Of a stretch of 64,000 bases of DNA, positions 57,655-64,000 are shown piece after piece. The notes below the pieces were generated by a model. The model was not told the origin of the DNA and searched no databases. It saw only the letters and a program-made list of their open reading frames with translations. A program made the translations under genes and the position numbers. This stretch comes from Bdellovibrionales bacterium (GTDB lineage Bacteria > Bdellovibrionota > Bdellovibrionia > Bdellovibrionales > JAGQZY01), in assembly GCA_041739665.1 (NCBI GenBank), contig JBGSNK010000022.1:75-64074 (forward strand), given 5' to 3'. Position 1 is the first letter of the stretch, and each line of letters begins with the position of its first letter.

Positions 57655-58557
57655 ATGGAGTTCCTAAATATGGGTCGTTATTATTTTATCTTTGTGACAG
57701 GAATGTTTGTGGCTTTGTTGAGCCAGGGGATTGACTGTCTAGACGCGGAAAATAGTTTTGAGACCGTTCACTCCCTTACATTAGATGATATTGATCAGGT
57801 CGAAGTGGCCAATCACTTTTCAGGCGAAGGTTGGTTATCCGAGAAAATGGCAACTGACCTTTTAGATATCAACGGTTACTACCAAGAAAACGCTTTTATT
57901 CAAAAACTCACCGATCGCAGCCAAGTGAAGCTTTATAAAAAAGGTTATGCCACTTGGATCGAAGAGCGCACGTGTCCCCAGTCACCTTATATTGAAGAGC
58001 CACTTCGATCGAGCATGACCAGTCGCTATGGACGACGCGTGCATCCGGTCTCAGGTCGTCGCCATGTGCACGCCGGTGTCGATTTTCGCGGTCGCACAGG
58101 AACTCCGGTTTATGCCAGTTCTGCCGGTCGGGTGAAGTTTGTGCGTCGCAAGGGAGCCTACGGCAAAGCTGTGATTATCGATCACGGGGATAAATTCACA
58201 ACCCTCTACGGACATTTATCCGGTTACGCCGTTAAAGAAGGGCAGTGGGTAAACAGAGGGCAAACAGTCGGCTTTATAGGTCGCACCGGTCGCACCACGG
58301 GACCCCATTTGCATTTTGAAGTGCGCTGCCACAATATTCCTGTCAATCCATTAAAATACCTGGGCAAGTCTGGTTTGTCGGCCGAAGTGAAAGTGCACAA
58401 GCGCATGCGCAATCTGGCCCCAAGAAGATCACCTCGTCGTATTGCCAGTCAAACGCCTCGTCATGACCCCAATTACTACACTCGTATGATGAACATGAAA
58501 ACTCTTGAGAATTTAAATTCTTCAGAGAATTTGAGCTCTAGCGAGAAAAAGTTCTAG
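57655..58557 (+). CDS. M23 family metallopeptidase
   Basis: HAGVD (HxxxD), YGHL and TGPHLHFE motifs; N-terminal hydrophobic segment. Confidence 0.9.
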   Translation: MEFLNMGRYYFIFVTGMFVALLSQGIDCLDAENSFETVHSLTLDDIDQVEVANHFSGEGWLSEKMATDLLDINGYYQENAFIQKLTDRSQVKLYKKGYATWIEERTCPQSPYIEEPLRSSMTSRYGRRVHPVSGRRHVHAGVDFRGRTGTPVYASSAGRVKFVRRKGAYGKAVIIDHGDKFTTLYGHLSGYAVKEGQWVNRGQTVGFIGRTGRTTGPHLHFEVRCHNIPVNPLKYLGKSGLSAEVKVHKRMRNLAPRRSPRRIASQTPRHDPNYYTRMMNMKTLENLNSSENLSSSEKKF

Positions 58558-58562
58558 AAAAC

Positions 58563-59564
58563 CTACTGACAGGTTTGGATGATAAAGTTCTCAAGCCAGA
58601 TATGGCTTGAGACTGGAGATGATTTCAAGGCGCGATCGGTGTCGCAGAGAATCTTATAAGTTTTTTCGATCTTTCGTTCACTCCAAGAGCGTGCTTGGGA
58701 AGTGTACTCTTTCAAGAAAAAGTAGGGAACGCCAGCATAGCTAGAAAGATCGCGACCATTGAGTCCTTGTTGTTCGCCCACTTTAGTTTGGCGTAAAAGA
58801 CGAATATGACGATGAACCATTGCCAAGATACTCACCTCGTTTTGACCATCATCTAAAAGATCAGCTAAACACATCAAGGCTCGAGCCTGATCCCCTTGGC
58901 CAATGGCCTTTGTTAAATCAAATACATTCTGCAATTTGATCCGTGAGGCAACTGTCATCACATCACTGCTGGTGATCGCCATGTCGTTGCCTTTATATTG
59001 GTGCAACTTTAAGAGCTCGTTTTTCAACTCTAAAAGATTAGGTCCCACAATTTGCATCAACAAATGAACGGCGTCGTCTTCAATCAAAATTTTGTATTTT
59101 TTGGCAATGTACTTAAGCCATTGGGGGTATTCTCGATCAAAGGGTTTAATAAAATGAAAATGCTCACTGTTTTTTAAAATATCTTTAGTGATATTTTTGC
59201 GACTGTCTGGCTTGTCGCCTAAAAAAACTAAAAAAGTGGAAGGCACTGGATTGGAGATGGCCGGCATCAGATTTTTCCAGTCTTTGTCGCGCAGTTCATG
59301 GGCCCGCCGCACGATTACTAAACGTGTGGATGACATCATAGGTAAAGTTTCAATGATATCAAAAATGCGAGAGGCTTCGGTTTCTTTGCCATAAAAGACA
59401 TCGTAATTAAAATCTTTTGAGCTTTCGTCCAAATACTCTTCTTTAATATACTCAATGGCTTCTTCAAGAAAAAACTCTTCGTCGCCGGATAGGTAGACGA
59501 TAGTGCCTTTTTTTAAGGTCAGGAAATTTTTTAATTCCAGAAGAGAATTTTTTTGTTTGGCCAC
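58563..59564 (-). CDS. holA: DNA polymerase III delta subunit
   Basis: YLSGDE, TLPMMS..RLVIV, NELLKL, VFDL and TDRALKS motifs; downstream of lptE. Confidence 0.9.
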   Translation of the reverse strand: MAKQKNSLLELKNFLTLKKGTIVYLSGDEEFFLEEAIEYIKEEYLDESSKDFNYDVFYGKETEASRIFDIIETLPMMSSTRLVIVRRAHELRDKDWKNLMPAISNPVPSTFLVFLGDKPDSRKNITKDILKNSEHFHFIKPFDREYPQWLKYIAKKYKILIEDDAVHLLMQIVGPNLLELKNELLKLHQYKGNDMAITSSDVMTVASRIKLQNVFDLTKAIGQGDQARALMCLADLLDDGQNEVSILAMVHRHIRLLRQTKVGEQQGLNGRDLSSYAGVPYFFLKEYTSQARSWSERKIEKTYKILCDTDRALKSSPVSSHIWLENFIIQTCQ

Positions 59565-60142
59565 TAAAAAGTCTCCGTAAAGCGGTCAAATGCTTCTTGC
59601 ATCATCTCTTGGGCGATAAGTTTGATAGTCTGCGCCCTTCTCGATTGATTGTAAAGGACATTTGACGAGCGGACACCTTGCTTTGTGAGCTCACTGCCGC
59701 GATAGGTTTTTCGCCCATTGAGACTAGTCTGCCAAATTAATTTTTGATCGCGGGAGCGGATAGCTTTTAAATTGGCCAGTACATTTAAATCAAATGATCG
59801 AAACAGGGTGGCGTTATAGGGCCGAGAAGTTCCAGCGCTGTGATCGGCCGTGTAAAAGCGTTGGATAGGGGCGCTATCATTGCTGTAAATAGTAAGCAGA
59901 GTGCCCTCAATGACTAATTCTGCAGCATCTTTGCTAGTGACAACCGCAAAACCAGAACGTTGCAACTCTTGTATAAGGGCTTGAGTGAAACTAGCCTCAG
60001 CCCCCACTTCGGCGGAGTTATTTTTGAACATTTCGATATAAACGGTTTTGTGCCCTTCAGGTAGCGAACGGGTGCTATGGCCAAATTGGTAGGCGCAACG
60101 GGTGAAGCTCAAAAGAGCGGCAAGTAAAACCAATATCTTCAT
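59564..60142 (-). CDS. lptE: LPS assembly lipoprotein LptE
   Basis: Signal peptide + CAYQF; LP....VYI..F.N; adjacent to holA. Confidence 0.75.
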   Translation of the reverse strand: MKILVLLAALLSFTRCAYQFGHSTRSLPEGHKTVYIEMFKNNSAEVGAEASFTQALIQELQRSGFAVVTSKDAAELVIEGTLLTIYSNDSAPIQRFYTADHSAGTSRPYNATLFRSFDLNVLANLKAIRSRDQKLIWQTSLNGRKTYRGSELTKQGVRSSNVLYNQSRRAQTIKLIAQEMMQEAFDRFTETF

Positions 60143-60222
60143 GAAATGACGGTAGTCCGACCCCCTCTTTTTTTCAACTCTGAAATTGAAAAAGCTCGGA
60201 AAGCCCACTATGGTGGCTCAAG

Positions 60223-61293
60223 ATGATTCCAAAAGATTTTTCCACAAAGAAAATAATGACTCCAGGGCCAGTGCCTTTGCCCGAGTACGTCAAAAAAAGT
60301 TTGCACGATTACGAGTGCCATCACCGCATGGCCGCTTTTTCCGAGATTCTGGTGCAAGTGTTCGCAGATCTCAAAAAAGTGTTTCAGACCGAGCAGCATT
60401 GTTATGTTTTGGCTTCAACGGGTACCGGGGGATTAGAGGCGGCTTTTATCAATACTGTTTCTACTCAAGATAAAATTTTATATATCAACGCGGGCAAATT
60501 TGGCGAGCGCTGGGGGAAAATTGCCAACGCTTTTCGCGTTCAGGCCGACCCAGTGCTCGTGCCATGGGGCAAAGATGTGGACCTCGACATCATTGAGGAC
60601 CTTTTAAAAAAGGGTCATTATCAAGGCTTAGCTTTTCAAGCTTGTGAGACCAGCACGGGGGCTTTGTTGCCAGTTCAAGAGCTGTGCAGCTTGGCTCAAA
60701 AATACAATGTTCTCAGTATGGTCGATGGCATTACAGCTCTTGGTGCTATCAGCTTACCCATGGATAAATGGGGTATCGATGTTTTAATTGGCGGCTCTCA
60801 AAAAGCTTTTATGTTGCCAACTGGCCTGTCCTTTCTTTCTCTCTCAAAAAAGGCAGAGCAAAGGCAATCGGACATTCCCTCTTTTTATTTCAACTTAAGA
60901 GCCGAGAAAAAACAAAATGAAGAGGGGAAGACCTGCTGGTCCACGCCGACCCATCCAGTTTTAGCCTTAAGTTTGGTCCTCGACGATATTCTCAACAGCG
61001 TCGGTTTGCATTCATTTTTTGCAAGCATTCAAGAGAGGGCCGATTATTTTCGTCAGCAAGTCGGTCTTCCACAGTTTCCTCAAACCAGTTCCCCTAGTCT
61101 GAGCTGCTTGAAAGTGCCAGAGGGTACCAGTGCCAAGCAAATTGTAAAAAAGGTTTATCAAGACGGCTATATGATCGTGGCCGGACAAGACCAACTTGAG
61201 GATCAAGTTTTACGAGTGGGACATATGGGCGACATGTCTTTTAAAGATCTCTCTGCTGTTGCCGAAAGTATCAAGACTCATATTCATGGTTAG
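60223..61293 (+). CDS. Class V PLP aminotransferase (alanine/serine-glyoxylate type)
   Basis: MTPGPVP, GKFGERW, ETSTG, VDGI, SQKA (PLP Lys) and RVGHMG motifs. Confidence 0.9.
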   Translation: MIPKDFSTKKIMTPGPVPLPEYVKKSLHDYECHHRMAAFSEILVQVFADLKKVFQTEQHCYVLASTGTGGLEAAFINTVSTQDKILYINAGKFGERWGKIANAFRVQADPVLVPWGKDVDLDIIEDLLKKGHYQGLAFQACETSTGALLPVQELCSLAQKYNVLSMVDGITALGAISLPMDKWGIDVLIGGSQKAFMLPTGLSFLSLSKKAEQRQSDIPSFYFNLRAEKKQNEEGKTCWSTPTHPVLALSLVLDDILNSVGLHSFFASIQERADYFRQQVGLPQFPQTSSPSLSCLKVPEGTSAKQIVKKVYQDGYMIVAGQDQLEDQVLRVGHMGDMSFKDLSAVAESIKTHIHG

Positions 61294-62257
61294 CGATTCT
61301 CGTCCACTCGTCCTGATTACTCAACGATTTGACCACTCTGTTTTATTGCGTGCTGCGCGTTCAACAGAAGTTCACTTTCAATACGAAAAAAATCTATTCA
61401 GTCGTTTGGACTTATTGGAAAAGGCCCAAGGAATTATTTTGCGGTCTAGCCAAGCAGTTGACAAAGATTTTTTAAACAAATGTCCCCAGCTTAAAGTTTT
61501 GATAACGGCCACCAGCGGCTTTGACCACTTGGATCTAAAAGAGCTGCAAGCGCGGTCGGTCACCTGCTACCATGTGCCCGAAGCCCAAATGGAAGCGGCT
61601 TCCGAGCTGACTCTCCTGCACATCCTAACGTCACAACGTCGTTTTTCCTTAGCGCAAAAACAGTTGCAATCGGGCCAGTGGGAGCGCTCTCTCCTTGTGG
61701 GTCGTGAACTTTCTGGTCAAAGACTTGGCTTGATCGGCTTAGGGAGAGTGGGGATGAGGGTAGCCGAAAAAGCCCTGGCTTTGGGGCTTGTGGTGAGCGC
61801 CTACGACCCGTTTTTGCCCGAGCACGATTCGCGTATCGAGATGCTCGGCTTTGAAGAACTCATGCGATCGAGCGACATTGTCAGTCTGCATGTGCCGTTG
61901 ACCACCAAAACCCGCCATATGATCCAGGCGGGAACACTGAAATGGATGTCTTCTGATGCCACACTCATCAATATGTCTCGTGGCGAGGTGGTCAACGAGG
62001 CCGAACTCATCGAGCATTTGTTTAAAAATCCACAATTTCAAGCCGGTTTAGATGTCTTCAATCGCGAACCACTCTCAACTGAATCGCCTCTTTTGAGCCT
62101 TAAAAATGTAAATCTCACGCCCCATATAGGAGCCTCGACTGAACAGGCCCTAAAAAAAGCCTCAGAGGCTGCTGTGGAGCGTACCCTTTCTTTCTTTGCA
62201 GGAAACCCCTCCACCGAGGGACTTTTGCCACCTCAAGCTCCTTGGTTTGAAGGATGA
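61286..62257 (+). CDS. D-3-phosphoglycerate dehydrogenase-like D-2-hydroxyacid dehydrogenase (no ACT domain)
   Basis: GLIGLGRVG, HVPLT, INMSRG, LDVF..EP and TPHIGAST motifs. Confidence 0.85.
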   Translation: MVSDSRPLVLITQRFDHSVLLRAARSTEVHFQYEKNLFSRLDLLEKAQGIILRSSQAVDKDFLNKCPQLKVLITATSGFDHLDLKELQARSVTCYHVPEAQMEAASELTLLHILTSQRRFSLAQKQLQSGQWERSLLVGRELSGQRLGLIGLGRVGMRVAEKALALGLVVSAYDPFLPEHDSRIEMLGFEELMRSSDIVSLHVPLTTKTRHMIQAGTLKWMSSDATLINMSRGEVVNEAELIEHLFKNPQFQAGLDVFNREPLSTESPLLSLKNVNLTPHIGASTEQALKKASEAAVERTLSFFAGNPSTEGLLPPQAPWFEG

Positions 62258-62315
62258 CAGAGGGCACCACTCTTTTTTATATAAATCACTGCCGAGTCTT
62301 GTTAAATCCTAAAGC

Positions 62316-63653
62316 ATGTCAGCATTTGTCGTGATTGGCGCCCAGTGGGGCGATGAGGGTAAGGGTAAATTAGTCGACGCCATGGCCAACCAATGCCATG
62401 CAGTTGTCCGCTTCCAAGGTGGGGCCAACGCCGGCCACACCCTGATCGTCGATGGTAAAAAGACAGTTCTCCATTTGATTCCCTCTGGAGTGTTGCACTC
62501 CCATGTGACTTGTTTGATCGGTAACGGCGTTACCTTGGATCCTTTTGAAATGGTCTCTGAGATCCAAGGTCTTAAGAGCAGCGGTTATTTAAAGGACGAC
62601 AGCCAATTGATGATTTCAGACGGAGCCCTTTTGGTTATGCCCTATCACCGCGAGTTGGACAAAGCTCGTGAAGCTCAAACGACGGGTACAAAAATCGGAA
62701 CCACCGGTCGTGGCATTGGCCCCTCTTACGAGGACCGCGCTTCTCGAAAAGCATTGCTGTTTCGCGATCTCTACAGCACCGACTTAAAAGACAAACTCTC
62801 CCAGGCTTTAAAAGAAAAAAACATTCTCTTGTCTCATTACGGACAAGAGACCATAGATCTTGACGAAACTTACAAACAACTCTTAGACGTAGCCCAAAAG
62901 CTCAAAGCACACCGCTGTGAGAATATGAGTGCGTTACTCAACGGATGGTTGCGCTCTGGGAAAAACGTTCTCTTTGAAGGCGCCCAAGGGGTTCTGCTCG
63001 ACAACTTGCATGGCACCTTTCCCTTTGTGACAAGCTCGTCCACTGGCGCCGCGGCGGCATGTTTGGGAGCGGGTGTCAGTCCGCGCATGATCGATGGCGT
63101 TTACGGCATCACCAAGGCTTACTGCACTCGCGTAGGTCAAGGCCCCTTCCCAACTGAGTTGACTGATGACATTGGCGAAAAGTTGCAAAAGCTAGGTCAC
63201 GAGTTTGGTGCGACCACCGGTCGCCGTCGTCGCTGCGGATGGTTGGACCTGGTCGCCCTTCGCTATGCTATTGATGTGGGTGGGATTGATCAGTTGATTC
63301 TAACCAAGCTTGATGTTCTCAGTCACTTTGACGAGATTCAAGTTTGCACTCACTATGAAGTCGGCGGGCAGAAGCTCTCCGATTTTTCTTTAATTAGCGA
63401 GCAAATCTTCAATGTGAAGCCAGTCTACAAAACTTTTAAAGGTTGGAAGACAGACATCACCAGTTGCCTCAGCTTTTCTGATCTGCCCAAAGCTGCGCAA
63501 ACTTATATACGCTATATTGAAGAGCAAGTGGGCTGTCAGGCCACCGTGATCTCTGTGGGGCCGGATCGAGAACAGACTATCTATCAAGGTGAAATCTTCC
63601 ATAAATTACCGATTCAAAGTGCTAATATTCTAAGCGAAATAGCGGTTAACTAG
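62316..63653 (+). CDS. purA: Adenylosuccinate synthetase
   Basis: GAQWGDEGKGK, GGANAGHT, IGTTGRGIGP, FEGAQG, TTGRRRRCGW and TKLD motifs. Confidence 0.98.
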   Translation: MSAFVVIGAQWGDEGKGKLVDAMANQCHAVVRFQGGANAGHTLIVDGKKTVLHLIPSGVLHSHVTCLIGNGVTLDPFEMVSEIQGLKSSGYLKDDSQLMISDGALLVMPYHRELDKAREAQTTGTKIGTTGRGIGPSYEDRASRKALLFRDLYSTDLKDKLSQALKEKNILLSHYGQETIDLDETYKQLLDVAQKLKAHRCENMSALLNGWLRSGKNVLFEGAQGVLLDNLHGTFPFVTSSSTGAAAACLGAGVSPRMIDGVYGITKAYCTRVGQGPFPTELTDDIGEKLQKLGHEFGATTGRRRRCGWLDLVALRYAIDVGGIDQLILTKLDVLSHFDEIQVCTHYEVGGQKLSDFSLISEQIFNVKPVYKTFKGWKTDITSCLSFSDLPKAAQTYIRYIEEQVGCQATVISVGPDREQTIYQGEIFHKLPIQSANILSEIAVN

Positions 63654-63722
63654 CTCTTTTCAAGGCCAAAAAGGTGTTGACTTTAGGTCCCCAAGATCAG
63701 AAAACGAATGCCTGTTAAAAAT

Positions 63723-63798
63723 GATCCGTTAGCTCAGTCGGTAGAGCATCTCCCTTTTAAGGAGAGGGTCCTTGGTTCGAGCCCAAGACGGGTCACCA
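63723..63798 (+). tRNA. tRNA-Lys (anticodon TTT)
   Basis: 76-nt cloverleaf; acceptor gatccgt/acgggtc; anticodon arm tctcc-cttttaa-ggaga; GTTCGA; encoded CCA. Confidence 0.97.
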
Positions 63799-63811
63799 TT
63801 TTTCTTTCAGC

Positions 63812-63887
63812 GTCCCTATCGTCTAGAGGCCTAGGACATATCCCTTTCACGGATAAGACACGGGTTCGACTCCCGTTGGGGACGCCA
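63812..63887 (+). tRNA. tRNA-Glu (anticodon TTC)
   Basis: 76-nt cloverleaf; acceptor gtcccta/tggggac; anticodon arm tatcc-ctttcac-ggata; GTTCGA; encoded CCA. Confidence 0.97.
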
Positions 63888-64000
63888 TTTCATAATACCA
63901 GATATCCCGGCTCTTCTCACTTAACTGTTGGTAGCCACCAAAACCTTAAAAAGCACAAGCATTTAGCAAGACTCGTCGGTAGTTTTTGAACTGCCTATAT

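Noticed and set aside
63708..63989. 93-aa ORF
   Set aside because: It overlaps two clear tRNA genes.

Overview
A 64 kb bacterial chromosomal window. Gene content (EF-G outside the str operon, Calx-beta/RCC1 giant protein, many orphan secreted proteins and lipoproteins, sigma28-like promoters) suggests a Bdellovibrionota-like organism; this is inference. Most of it is housekeeping: hppA, lpxD, tex, topA, prc, 2-oxoacid dehydrogenase E1 alpha/beta, pyrE, cutA, dcd, fusA, recQ-like, aat, slyD, PBP1A, pdxH, lpxL, hinT, holA, lptE, serA-like, purA, tRNA-Lys and tRNA-Glu. Three things stand out. (1) A family of intergenic palindromic repeats (7.5, 19.2 and 36.0-36.5 kb) whose long arms are unrelated but whose core fold is conserved by compensatory changes; some copies carry perfect DnaA boxes, and the 19 kb copy equals the 36 kb copy minus two microhomology-bounded deletions. 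(2) A compact unassigned biosynthetic-looking cluster at 1-5.2 kb, truncated at the window edge (SDR, two Fe-dependent DSBH oxygenases, ATP-grasp ligase, citrate synthase, PP-loop enzyme). (3) A recurrent architecture of sigma28-like promoters lying exactly 6 nt upstream of start codons (probable leaderless mRNAs) with a shared upstream palindromic box. No CRISPR array, transposase, integrase, rRNA or prophage was seen. All calls come from manual reading of motifs; no database searches were run.
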